A stretch of 64,000 bases of DNA from Clostridia bacterium. GTDB taxonomy: Bacteria > Bacillota > Clostridia > UBA1212 > DUPL01. Where the stretch lies: positions 64,001 to 128,000 of the forward strand of contig JBMNIW010000004.1 in NCBI GenBank assembly GCA_050951325.1, written 5' to 3'. Below, piece by piece: positions 1 to 9,227 of this stretch (positions are counted from its first letter, which is position 1; each line of letters begins with the position of its first letter). Below the pieces are notes generated by a model, which was not told the DNA's origin, made no database searches, and saw nothing but the letters and a program-made list of their open reading frames with translations. The translations under genes and the position numbers were made by a program.

Positions 1-12
1 ATAAAAACCTCC
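1..12 (-). other. RBS and probable start codon of the next gene at the window edge (likely frr by synteny)
   Basis: Minus strand reads GGAGGT-ttttAT at 12..1; the usual order is rpsB-tsf-pyrH-frr. The coding sequence itself is outside the window. Confidence 0.5.
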
Positions 13-81
13 ATTCATGCCCTGGCGGGCACATAATATTATTACAATGCAGACCGTAAAATATTATACCACTTGCGCAAA

Positions 82-810
82 TTATTGGCAACTGTCAGCG
101 GACCAGGAAACTATGGTTCCTATTTTTTCTCCACATACCGCCCTTACCATGTTGTATGGGTCCTTTATCGCAAATACATGGATTACTATGTTGTTGTCCA
201 TGCACAGGGAAGTTGCAGTGGAATCCATTACTCCCAATCCCTTGTTCAAAACGTCCGTGTAATTTATATGCTCATACTTCACAGCATTGTCATTCATGTT
301 CGGATCGCAGTTGTAAACGCCATCCACATTCTTTGCAAGGAGTATCACGTCGGCGTCAATTTCCACAGCTCTCAAAGCTGCAGCTGTATCTGTAGTAAAG
401 AAAGGATTTCCAGTACCGCATCCGAAGATAACGACTCTTCCCTTCTCCAAATGTCTTGTTGCTCTGTTTCTGATATATGGCTCTGCAATCTGTTTCATTT
501 CGATTGCTGTCTGTACTCTTACGGTAACACCCAATTTTTCTAGATTGTCAGCCAGAGCCAGTGAATTTATTACCGTAGCAAGCATTCCCATATGATCCGC
601 ACGGGTTCTGTCCATTTTCTTGCTTTTAGCACCTCTCCAGAAGTTTCCTCCTCCCACCACCAGTGCAACATCCACGCCCATATCCTGTATCCTCTTTATA
701 TTCAAGCAGACCTCATTTAAAGTATCCTCATTTATCCCAAACTTGTCTGGTCCTGCCAATGCTTCTCCACTGATTTTAATCAGCACTCTTTTGTAAATCG
801 GTTCCTGCAT
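82..810 (-). CDS. pyrH: UMP kinase
   Basis: [22 protein letters not shown] and [15 protein letters not shown] motifs. Start reassigned to ATG 810 behind an AAGGAGG RBS. Confidence 0.98.
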   Translation of the reverse strand: MQEPIYKRVLIKISGEALAGPDKFGINEDTLNEVCLNIKRIQDMGVDVALVVGGGNFWRGAKSKKMDRTRADHMGMLATVINSLALADNLEKLGVTVRVQTAIEMKQIAEPYIRNRATRHLEKGRVVIFGCGTGNPFFTTDTAAALRAVEIDADVILLAKNVDGVYNCDPNMNDNAVKYEHINYTDVLNKGLGVMDSTATSLCMDNNIVIHVFAIKDPYNMVRAVCGEKIGTIVSWSADSCQ

Positions 811-835
811 GAAATATTCCTCCTTGTTTACATAT

Positions 836-859
836 AAAAAAAGGGGAACAAAAGTCCCC
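836..859 (-). terminator. Intrinsic terminator after tsf
   Basis: GGGGA/TCCCC stem followed by T7 on the minus strand. Confidence 0.6.
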
Positions 860-866
860 AATATTT

Positions 867-1514
867 TTATTGTATTTGCTTCATTACTTCCTCAGCAAAG
901 TTCTCTTCCTTCTTCTCAAGCCCTTCGCCTCTTTCATATCTTGCAAAACGCCTTATTGAAATTTTTTCTCCAATTGTTGCAATCATTTCTGTTACAACGT
1001 CTTTTACCTTTTTGTCAGGATCCTTTACGAAAGCCTGCTCAAGCAAGCATATTTCCTCAAAATATTTGGAAATTCTGCCGTCAACAATCTTGTCAACGAT
1101 TTTTTCAGGTTTGCCTTCATTGATGGCCTGTGCTTTAAGAATAGCTTTTTCCTTTTCTACTACTTCGGCAGGTACATCCTCAACAGATACATATTGTGGA
1201 TTTGAAGCAGCTATGTGCATAGCGATATCTCTTACAAAATCCTTGAACATGTCGTTCCTGGCTACAAAGTCAGTCTCGCAGTTGACTTCAACCAGAACAC
1301 CTATTCTTCCTCCACCATGAATGTATGCATCAACAAGACCTTCTGTTGCTGTTCTACCTTGTTTCTTTGCAGCAGTTGCAAGACCCTTTTCTCTTAAAAT
1401 CTCAACCGCCTTGTCCATATCTCCGTTTGCCTCAACCAAGGCATTCTTGCAATCCATCATGCCTGCCTGAGTGCGCTCGCGCAACTCCTTAACCATTGCA
1501 GCAGTTATTGTCAT
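867..1514 (-). CDS. tsf: Elongation factor Ts (short form)
   Basis: [16 protein letters not shown] and [10 protein letters not shown] motifs; follows rpsB. Confidence 0.98.
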   Translation of the reverse strand: MTITAAMVKELRERTQAGMMDCKNALVEANGDMDKAVEILREKGLATAAKKQGRTATEGLVDAYIHGGGRIGVLVEVNCETDFVARNDMFKDFVRDIAMHIAASNPQYVSVEDVPAEVVEKEKAILKAQAINEGKPEKIVDKIVDGRISKYFEEICLLEQAFVKDPDKKVKDVVTEMIATIGEKISIRRFARYERGEGLEKKEENFAEEVMKQIQ

Positions 1515-1532
1515 TCCTATACCCCCTTAGTA

Positions 1533-2360
1533 TTATTCTTCCGACTTAGCTGTATCTTCTTCAGCTTCGTCTGCAACTTCTATCTCATCCTGAGGTTCTT
1601 CAACATCTGCAACCTCTTCAACTTCAGTATGTTCCAAAGAGTCGTCTTCTTCAACTTCAGCGTCTTTAGCAAAAGATACCCCTTGTCTTCCTTCCAAAAC
1701 AGCATCGGCCATTGTTGAAGCAATCAATTTTACCGCTCTAATAGCATCGTCATTGCCTGGGATTACATAATCCACTTCGTCAGGATCGCAGTTTGTGTCA
1801 ACGATTGCCACTACTGGTATACCCAGTTTTCTAGCTTCCAATACTGCATTTTTCTCAACTCTTGGGTCAACTACAAAAATAGCTGATGGGAGTTTGTCCA
1901 GTCCCTTGATACCACCTAGGTTCTTCTCGAGCTTGTCTCTCTCTTGTTTCAGTTTGACAACTTCTTTCTTTGGAAGACGTTCAAAAAGCCCCTTCTCTTC
2001 CATTTCGTTAAGCTGATGCAATTTTTCAATTCTTTTTCTGATTGTTTTGAAGTTTGTAAGTGTACCACCAAGCCATCTGTTGTTTACATAGTACATGTCG
2101 CATCTTGTAGCTTCCTCATATATGGAATCTCTTGCCTGCTTCTTGGTACCTACGAAAAGAACTGTTCCGCCATTTCTGGCTACATCAACAAGGAAATAAT
2201 AGGCTTCATCAATCATCTTCACAGTCTTCTGCAAATCTATGATATAGATTCCGTTTCTTTCTGTAAAAATGTACTCAGCCATTTTGGGGTTCCATCTCCT
2301 GGTCTGATGACCAAAATGAACACCCGCTTCAAGTAATTGTTTCATTGAAATAACTGACAT
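1533..2360 (-). CDS. rpsB: 30S ribosomal protein S2
   Basis: [19 protein letters not shown] and [10 protein letters not shown] motifs; acidic C-terminal tail. Confidence 0.99.
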   Translation of the reverse strand: MSVISMKQLLEAGVHFGHQTRRWNPKMAEYIFTERNGIYIIDLQKTVKMIDEAYYFLVDVARNGGTVLFVGTKKQARDSIYEEATRCDMYYVNNRWLGGTLTNFKTIRKRIEKLHQLNEMEEKGLFERLPKKEVVKLKQERDKLEKNLGGIKGLDKLPSAIFVVDPRVEKNAVLEARKLGIPVVAIVDTNCDPDEVDYVIPGNDDAIRAVKLIASTMADAVLEGRQGVSFAKDAEVEEDDSLEHTEVEEVADVEEPQDEIEVADEAEEDTAKSEE

Positions 2361-2384
2361 AAATAATTTATCCTCCTTTTGTTT

Positions 2385-2462
2385 TAACTTCCGGCATCTT
2401 CAACTCGCTCAAGAGATCCATGTGTTCAGAATCCAACCTTAGCGAATCAGACAACCGTGATT
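2385..2462 (-). ncRNA. rpsB (S2) leader, probable autoregulatory RNA
   Basis: The 5' UTR reads CACGGUUGUCUGAUUCGCU...AGCGAGUUGAAGAUGCCGGAAG, with nested complementary arms in the position expected for an S2 leader. Confidence 0.6.
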
Positions 2463-2481
2463 ATTTTTTTATAACTATCGC

Positions 2482-2510
2482 ATTATACCAGATATCGTTT
2501 AGCATTGCAA
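2482..2510 (-). promoter_or_regulatory. SigA promoter of rpsB-tsf
   Basis: TTGCAA-17-TATAAT with an extended -10 TG. Confidence 0.8.
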
Positions 2511-2685
2511 CATCATTTTTACCCTATACAACGGATAATGCATTGCAAATATATATCAATAAGAAGATAAACAGTTAGCATTATACTCAAAATATCAAAA
2601 CTCAAATTGTAATGCTTTCTGTTTTTTGCCTTTTACTACTTCCAAAAATATATTTAATATTGCAAAACCCCTAATAATCGCTCTT

Positions 2686-3069
2686 TTACTTAACCCTAAA
2701 TATTGAACCCTCTCTAATATAACCCAGTTTCTCATAATATGAATCGACATCGCTCATAACATAGACCGGCTGATCAGGAAAGTCTTGGCATACCCGCTCC
2801 ATTATGCATTTCCCAATCTTTCTTCCCCGATACGTTTTTCTGACCAGCAAATCATATATATAAACGCCAAATCCATCATCTTCACGACAGCGTGCATAAC
2901 CGCACACAACATTCTCATCACAAGCAATATATGTGATGCTTGATTCAAGCGCCTTGATGTATTTGCTGCGGCCATTTTTGCCGTGATAATCTATCCATTC
3001 GTCACCCTCATCCATGAGCAAGTCAAAAAGCGCTTCTTCATCGGTTTTACTGTAGTGCCTGATTTTCAT
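2686..3069 (-). CDS. GNAT family N-acetyltransferase
   Basis: LLVRKTYRGRKIGK acetyl-CoA motif A and YYEKLGY motif; GGAGGAG RBS. Confidence 0.9.
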   Translation of the reverse strand: MKIRHYSKTDEEALFDLLMDEGDEWIDYHGKNGRSKYIKALESSITYIACDENVVCGYARCREDDGFGVYIYDLLVRKTYRGRKIGKCIMERVCQDFPDQPVYVMSDVDSYYEKLGYIREGSIFRVK

Positions 3070-3159
3070 GGCGAAAACTCCTCCAGATGTGCAGCATTAA
3101 AACACTATGTACCCATATTATACTATTTTTTTCATTGTGTTAATATTGTTTTGGTCAAA

Positions 3160-5838
3160 TCATTGCCAAGGCACATATACCGCATCTATTTCAGCAAACC
3201 CCGTGGACAAGTTGGTTTTTTGTATTGAAATTGCATGGGTACCTTCTGTTAGTGGAACAAAAACTTCAACATAAGTCTCATCATCAAAAACTCCCCATCC
3301 CAAATCCGTCTTCTTGTAATTGACAACTGCTGCCTTCTTTCCATTAACAAACAAATCATGACTTGCATCTCCAAAAAATGCTGCATAGTATATTCTGAAA
3401 CAATACATATTATTCTCAGAAACATGAATCTTAAAAGCTATTCCATCTCCAGCTTTATCAATTCCACCTACATGGCTTCCTCTATTATTGGCGTTTCCCA
3501 ATACAATTGAATGTTCAGCCTCCCATCTGTATGCGAAAACTTCACTTTTTCCATCAAACTCAAGACTTTTTATCTTTACCGAAGACACATCTCCTTTAAA
3601 CTCCACTCTGTTGTACATGTTTTGCATTATTGGAAGCGGCAGCGAGAAATATTCCTCACCCTTGTATAAGGAAACACTATCAACAATTTCCCCATTTACA
3701 AGAACATCAATACTTGAATCCTTCTCCACATCGCACCTTATCAATCCTGTATATTTGCCAAGAGGCAATGCACCAAGCCTTGCATTTTCGTCATTTTTGT
3801 CAACAGGTGCAACCACAGTGTCAAAAACATTAAAATCGGGCTCATACAAAACCTTTTCTTTACCGTACCAGGGCATTAGTGAAGCCCTTAACCTGGCAAA
3901 ACCATAAGGTATTAGTCTAATTTTAACCTCTTTGCCATGTTCCGAAACAGGACTTATCGGCAATGTGGATGCACCCTTTATCCTGTCATCATATTCCCAG
4001 GACTCCACAATTGCTCCCTTTGCCTCAATTTCAATCGGAACACTGACTGATTTAAACACAAGATTGTCATAGTCATATCGTTTTTTTCTCTTTACCTTAA
4101 AACCTTCACTTAAATTCAGTGCATAGTTCCAATTGCTTTTTGGCGTTATGTTGTAGGAAGAATACTTTTCAGGAATCTTCCAGTCGGTTGACACATAAGA
4201 AATCTTTTCCCAGTTTTCCTCGATAAACAAGCAGAAAACAAGAGGTCCGTATGTAACCCCAACACTGTTATTCTGCATGAACTTTGTCCTTATCTTCATC
4301 GGCAGTACGATCTTAACCTCGTCCCCGGACTTCCACTCTGCCTCAAGCCTTACAAATGAACCCTCTTTACAACTACCCTTGAAGTCTCCATTTACATATA
4401 TTTTAGCTTCATCACACCATGAGGGAATCCTAATGTACAGAGGCCATGTCTCCTCGTTATCCGCCTCGATTTTTAATAATATGCTGTCTTCAAAAGGATA
4501 ATTGGTTTTCTGCGTTATCATCACATTTGTATTATTACCAACCTGGGCTTTTACAGCATTTGGAGCATATGCAAACGCTAAAAGCCCGCTATCACTTGTT
4601 CTGAACCACAAGTTGGATGCAAAAAGCGGCCAACCCATATGGAAGTTGTGTATGCAGCAGGGATACCCGCCAGGTGTTCCATACACAGATCTGTCTCCAC
4701 CGTCTGAAGAAAAGCCATGATACCCCAAGGTTGCTTCTATCTGATTCTGCATGGTGAAATATACCTGCCCAGTTATTTCTGGTGTAAGCTGTGACGGCAG
4801 TGCATTGAAGCAAACCTTTTCAAGGCTGTCGCCTATCCTTGGGTCTTTCAAATATCTGAATGCTACAATGTCGCTGAACATCTGCTCAACAACAGCACAG
4901 GTTTCCGTTCCTCTTGTCGCCTCAATATCTCCTGACATTTCATCACCATTTGACATTCCATCTATTCTACCGCTAGTCCTGAACAGATTCCGAACTCCTG
5001 AATAATATGTATCCACATAAGTTTTATCTCCTGTCATTCCAAACATAAGCGGAAACAATTTAAAGCTTTGATGGGTGTTGACTATGTGTCCCCAATTCCC
5101 CTTTTCGTAGGCAGACTTCCAATTATCAGCCTGGTTATACAAAAGGTTGCACAAATCGACAAGGTACGATTCCTTCGTTTTATCATACAGCCATTTAGCC
5201 GCATATATGTTGTCACCAGCTCTAGCCTTTCCCCAATCCCTCAATGGATCTTTCTTCAATGCATCCAGCTGGAATCTGAAATATGCATCCAAAAAGCCAA
5301 TTACCCTTTCATCTTCTGTGGCATCATAATATTCTGTTAATGCTATAAGCATGGGCATCATTGCCCAGTAGTCAAAATCCGGCATGCCTGCCTTGGGTCC
5401 TGCCTGTCCATTATCAATCTGACTTTCTATCACCCAGTCTATCCACTTTTGCACTTTTTCTTTAAGTGAGTCATCATCAAGGGCGTATGCAAGATAAACA
5501 AGACCTCTTACGTAATACGGGCCTCTTTCCCAGCTTTCCCCACTACCTCCAAGCCAACCAGAACGATCATCTCCGGTGGTTTTCACATCCGGAGATATGT
5601 CCTCAAACTCTCCAGTAATATTCTTCTTCTGCAAAAGGAGCTGGTTTAAAAGCCAGCCCTTTGCCTCAATATCGCCCAAAGGAATGGGCGAAAGCACTAT
5701 ACTATCCAAATTATGCATGGAAAAACTAACCTCTCTATTGTCTTTATTTATAAACAAGACCAAAATCAAGGATACACTTAAAACACAGATTATCAAAACT
5801 AAAAGAGTTTTAGTTTTTATGCCCTTTTTTTTTAACAA
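3160..5838 (-). CDS. Membrane-anchored GH127/GH146-like beta-L-arabinofuranosidase with C-terminal CBM6/35-like module
   Basis: N-terminal basic plus hydrophobic segment; GWLGG..ESWERGPYY, HIVN, TETC and YPCC (Zn/Cys catalytic motifs); C-terminal WEAE...IYYAA...EIDAV. Confidence 0.85.
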   Translation of the reverse strand: MLKKKGIKTKTLLVLIICVLSVSLILVLFINKDNREVSFSMHNLDSIVLSPIPLGDIEAKGWLLNQLLLQKKNITGEFEDISPDVKTTGDDRSGWLGGSGESWERGPYYVRGLVYLAYALDDDSLKEKVQKWIDWVIESQIDNGQAGPKAGMPDFDYWAMMPMLIALTEYYDATEDERVIGFLDAYFRFQLDALKKDPLRDWGKARAGDNIYAAKWLYDKTKESYLVDLCNLLYNQADNWKSAYEKGNWGHIVNTHQSFKLFPLMFGMTGDKTYVDTYYSGVRNLFRTSGRIDGMSNGDEMSGDIEATRGTETCAVVEQMFSDIVAFRYLKDPRIGDSLEKVCFNALPSQLTPEITGQVYFTMQNQIEATLGYHGFSSDGGDRSVYGTPGGYPCCIHNFHMGWPLFASNLWFRTSDSGLLAFAYAPNAVKAQVGNNTNVMITQKTNYPFEDSILLKIEADNEETWPLYIRIPSWCDEAKIYVNGDFKGSCKEGSFVRLEAEWKSGDEVKIVLPMKIRTKFMQNNSVGVTYGPLVFCLFIEENWEKISYVSTDWKIPEKYSSYNITPKSNWNYALNLSEGFKVKRKKRYDYDNLVFKSVSVPIEIEAKGAIVESWEYDDRIKGASTLPISPVSEHGKEVKIRLIPYGFARLRASLMPWYGKEKVLYEPDFNVFDTVVAPVDKNDENARLGALPLGKYTGLIRCDVEKDSSIDVLVNGEIVDSVSLYKGEEYFSLPLPIMQNMYNRVEFKGDVSSVKIKSLEFDGKSEVFAYRWEAEHSIVLGNANNRGSHVGGIDKAGDGIAFKIHVSENNMYCFRIYYAAFFGDASHDLFVNGKKAAVVNYKKTDLGWGVFDDETYVEVFVPLTEGTHAISIQKTNLSTGFAEIDAVYVPWQ

Positions 5839-6460
5839 TAAGGACTATCACGAGAGCAGCCAAAACAACAACTGCAGCAGGAACTACAACGAACAAAGTA
5901 TTGAAGGAATCTTTTTCCTCAGTAGTGGTTTCCTGTGTTTTTGTAGGTTTGGGCGCTTCTGTTTTAGTTGGAATTGGCGTTTCTGTTGGTTCCGGTGTAG
6001 GCTCCGGAGTGTACAAAGTAACGGGAATAAGTCTGATTGCGTCCAGTTCTGCAAACCCTTCATCCTCTTCCGTTTTTTCAAGCCTTAATGTACATACACC
6101 TGTCGGAAGTGTAACTTCTGTTTCCACATATACATCTTCTGAAAAGGTAGACCAACCCAGTTCAGACTGAGGATACATTATCCTTTCAATCTCCTCATCG
6201 TCAATAAATAGTGTGTGGGAATTGTTTCCCTCAAGGGCCGCCGCATAGTAGATTCTCAGCTTGTAAACACCCGGAGCGGTTGTCTCATCAAGAATAAATT
6301 CAACATATGCACCTGCATTGTCTATCTGCGCTACATGATCACCAGCATTGTTGCACATATAAATAGAAGCCAGTTCCGCCTCATACCTGTCTCCTTCTTC
6401 TGCATGGGCCAGAATTGAAAACATAAGGATTGCAATAATAAGTACAACTATCCTTTTCAT
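5810..6460 (-). CDS. Surface CBM6/CBM35-like protein with PT linker and C-terminal membrane anchor
   Basis: Signal peptide, RYEAE...IYYAA...ELDAI module, TPEPTPEPT linker, TM helix plus KKK. Confidence 0.8.
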   Translation of the reverse strand: MKRIVVLIIAILMFSILAHAEEGDRYEAELASIYMCNNAGDHVAQIDNAGAYVEFILDETTAPGVYKLRIYYAAALEGNNSHTLFIDDEEIERIMYPQSELGWSTFSEDVYVETEVTLPTGVCTLRLEKTEEDEGFAELDAIRLIPVTLYTPEPTPEPTETPIPTKTEAPKPTKTQETTTEEKDSFNTLFVVVPAAVVVLAALVIVLIVKKKGHKN

Positions 6461-6488
6461 TTATCAACACCTCCATCAACTTATGTTA

Positions 6489-6543
6489 ATTCTAGCATTA
6501 ATTCATTCTTCATGAAACTGCAGAAATTGGGAAAAATCGTGCA
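6489..6543 (-). promoter_or_regulatory. Probable AraC-activated promoter of the CBM-GH127 operon
   Basis: TGcTAGAAT extended -10, poor -35, and two TGCA-headed direct repeats 21 bp apart abutting the -35. Confidence 0.45.
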
Positions 6544-6555
6544 ATTTCCGAACAG

Positions 6556-7353
6556 TTACATGTTTCTTGACATGCTTCTCCACTTGGAAGGCGCCATATT
6601 AAATGCCTTAACAAAATTCCTGTAAAATACTGAAACGTCCCCAAATCCCACATCGTAAGCTATTTTCTCAATGGAATAGTCCGTAGTACATAGTAATTTG
6701 CATGCCATCTCAAGTCTGATTTTTGCAAGATACTCAAGAGGTGCTATACCATATCTTTTTTTGAATATGCTTCTTGTGTAATCCTCGGAGAAGTTGACAA
6801 GCTCTGACAAAGTTTTGAGAGTTATGTGTGATTGATAATTCTTTCTCATGTAATCGAGCAAAACCGTACCTGCATTGCATTTGGGCTGTTCTATCTCATT
6901 TTCATAAAAGAACTGCAAGAAATCAAGAAACAGAGACTGCACTTCCAAAATGTCACTTGCACTGTCTAGATGAGCATAAGCAATTCTATCAAGATAGTTT
7001 CTATATACATGAACTTTACACTTTCCTCTTGTTGGCAGTATCAAGGTCTTTGCAGGAAAATATCCGGTATAATCAGAAACTTCCTGGGTGAAGTGGATGT
7101 AATAATATTTGGGGGTTTTACTGGGCCTCAAAGCGCTTTGATAGATGTTTGGTCTTTGTATGTAGAATTCGTCCTTGTTAAGTTCCACCTCTCTGCCGTT
7201 TTCAGTAAAATACAATTTTCCTTCCACCATTATTATTAAAATATACTCCATGTTTTTTCTTGTAATGTGCCACTCTCCCTCTTCAAACTCCCGAAAGGCA
7301 GATATCCTGAACATGGGATATGGGGGAATCTCAAGTTGTATAATATTTTCCAT
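6556..7353 (-). CDS. AraC family transcriptional regulator
   Basis: N-terminal cupin; C-terminal SIEKIAYDVGFGDVSVFYRNFVKAFNMAPSKWR. Start set at ATG 7353 (GGAGG RBS). Confidence 0.93.
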   Translation of the reverse strand: MENIIQLEIPPYPMFRISAFREFEEGEWHITRKNMEYILIIMVEGKLYFTENGREVELNKDEFYIQRPNIYQSALRPSKTPKYYYIHFTQEVSDYTGYFPAKTLILPTRGKCKVHVYRNYLDRIAYAHLDSASDILEVQSLFLDFLQFFYENEIEQPKCNAGTVLLDYMRKNYQSHITLKTLSELVNFSEDYTRSIFKKRYGIAPLEYLAKIRLEMACKLLCTTDYSIEKIAYDVGFGDVSVFYRNFVKAFNMAPSKWRSMSRNM

Positions 7354-7496
7354 ACATTTCCTCCAATGTTCCGAATTATATACATTTCTTTTTAATATTA
7401 TACCATATTCTTTCATATTTTTTGTCATAGCATGTTTACATTTCCATCATTATAACATATAATCTAACTGTTAATACCGATATGGAGGAGATACAT

Positions 7497-8363
7497 ATGA
7501 AAAGAGCTGTTGTATTTCTTGTAATCTTGCTGGTCCTTGTGCAGTTTGCTATTGCAGTAAATGCAAATGAAATTCTGCCAGCAACAGTGAACGCTCTTAA
7601 GTTTGACGCAGAACCTACCTTTGACGGTGTCATCACCGAAGAGGAATGGGGAGAGCCTACACTGAAGGATGTTGTCAATGGTAATCCTGAGCAGGTATTT
7701 TTAACCGCAGGCGCTCCAGAACTTACTTGGACAGCCTGGCTCAGATGGGACTCCAACTATTTCTATCTGGCACTGCAAACACCTGACACCAAACACTCCA
7801 ACAGACAGGAAGGTGCAAATCTTTGGGGTGGAGACTGTGTTCAGCTAAAGCTTGATCCTTTAGGAAATTGGCAGAGCCAGGGACAATCCGACAAAACGTA
7901 CAAATCCGACAAGGCTGTAGACGTTGTTTTTGCTCTCAACAGCAAAATCAATCAAAGCGTGAGCCATTGCTGGAACGAAGGCAAAAATGTTATAGAAGGC
8001 GCAAAAGTCGCCGTAAAACATGAAAACAACATGACCTCCTACGAGATTGCAATTCCATGGGCTTTTCTGGAGGTCGAGGTCGAAGCTGGCGATGATATAG
8101 GACTTGCCATAGGGCGTCTGTCTGCTTCAAACGACTCCGATGATCCAAACCAGGCTTATGACGGATGCCTTGAATGGGGCTCCGGCACTATATTGAACCG
8201 TACCGATCCAGCCGCCTGCGGAACCAACAAGGTAGTCCTGTCAAGCGACAAGGCAGTTGAACCAAATGTTCCAACCGGCGATTCTGCAGCATTCGCTCAA
8301 GCCATCATATTCTTCGTGTTGGCAAGCGTCCTTTTTATTGCAAAGAGAAAAGTAAAGGTATAA
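7497..8363 (+). CDS. Secreted CBM9/DOMON-like sugar-binding protein with sortase-type C-terminal signal
   Basis: Signal peptide; PTFDGVI..EEW, WDSNYFYLA, WGGDCVQ and YEIAIPW motifs; NVPTGD plus TM plus KRKVK. Confidence 0.75.
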   Translation: MKRAVVFLVILLVLVQFAIAVNANEILPATVNALKFDAEPTFDGVITEEEWGEPTLKDVVNGNPEQVFLTAGAPELTWTAWLRWDSNYFYLALQTPDTKHSNRQEGANLWGGDCVQLKLDPLGNWQSQGQSDKTYKSDKAVDVVFALNSKINQSVSHCWNEGKNVIEGAKVAVKHENNMTSYEIAIPWAFLEVEVEAGDDIGLAIGRLSASNDSDDPNQAYDGCLEWGSGTILNRTDPAACGTNKVVLSSDKAVEPNVPTGDSAAFAQAIIFFVLASVLFIAKRKVKV

Positions 8364-8371
8364 CTTCTTTT

Positions 8372-8400
8372 AAGAGCTGTTAAAAACAGCTCTTTTTCTT
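8372..8400 (+). terminator. Intrinsic terminator between convergent genes
   Basis: AAGAGCTGTT-aaa-AACAGCTCTT followed by a T-rich tail. Confidence 0.8.
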
Positions 8401-8401
8401 G

Positions 8402-9127
8402 TTATTTATTCTTCTTGCCATATATGTAAAACACAATACCCAGCACCAACAAACAGACAACGGATACAACAAACAAGGGAGAGTCCGGCGTCCTTACAGC
8501 AGACCCTGCCAAGGTTATTAATATGGCTTTTGGAAGAAGTCCCGCCATTGAATAAATCAAATACTTTTTGAATTCCAGACCCATGGCAGACAAATACACA
8601 CTCGTTATACCTATTGGAGGCACTCCAATAAACCGCATTAGAAATATGTTCATTCGACTGTTGTGAATGTTTTTAAGCCTTTCCAACAACCTACCCTCGT
8701 CATCAATGCGCAGTACAAGCCTTTCAACATATACCCTGCCTAAAAACTTACCCATTATGAAATTTATTGAAAGTTCCAAAAACAACCCGGCAACAAGTAC
8801 AATCATCGCAACAGGCATGCTGAACAGCAAACCTACAAACCCATAAATCAATACTGGTGAGATAACAAACAAAGTCAGCGCTTTGAATGCATAGAATCCA
8901 AGCGTAATTATTATCGTATCAATATAACTTTCGTTGAACTCTGCGAAGGATTCAGAATCAAACCTCATGCTCAATGTATGGATGAACACACCCGCAAGGA
9001 TAAGAGTAATAAAAAGTGGAATTAAACCCACAAGCTCCCGCTTCTTTATTCTTCTTCTCATCCTTTTCAGTTTCTTGTACATCCTGTCCATATCTTTCAT
9101 GAAGTCGTCTTTGTCCTGCATTCGCAC
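8402..9127 (-). CDS. TVP38/TMEM64 (DedA/VTT) family membrane protein
   Basis: Several TM helices; FLMRFIGVPP and YLIYSMAGLLP motifs. Confidence 0.8.
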   Translation of the reverse strand: MRMQDKDDFMKDMDRMYKKLKRMRRRIKKRELVGLIPLFITLILAGVFIHTLSMRFDSESFAEFNESYIDTIIITLGFYAFKALTLFVISPVLIYGFVGLLFSMPVAMIVLVAGLFLELSINFIMGKFLGRVYVERLVLRIDDEGRLLERLKNIHNSRMNIFLMRFIGVPPIGITSVYLSAMGLEFKKYLIYSMAGLLPKAILITLAGSAVRTPDSPLFVVSVVCLLVLGIVFYIYGKKNK

Positions 9128-9184
9128 ACCCGTCCTTGAAAGTAATCAATAACTAATATATGACAGGACAAGAATTATATGATA

Positions 9185-9211
9185 AAAGCCACAGACATTG
9201 TCTGTGGCTTT
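9185..9211 (-). terminator. Terminator after pckG
   Basis: Perfect AAAGCCACAGAC-att-GTCTGTGGCTTT hairpin. Confidence 0.85.
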
Positions 9212-9227
9212 AAAACTTAATTTATTG

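Noticed and set aside
867-1514. Short 215-aa EF-Ts
   Set aside because: The short form is well known in Clostridia and Thermus; it is not a truncation.
2570-2625. Imperfect inverted repeat between the GNAT gene and the rpsB promoter
   Set aside because: Weak, AT-rich and with a long loop; cannot be distinguished from chance or a poor terminator.
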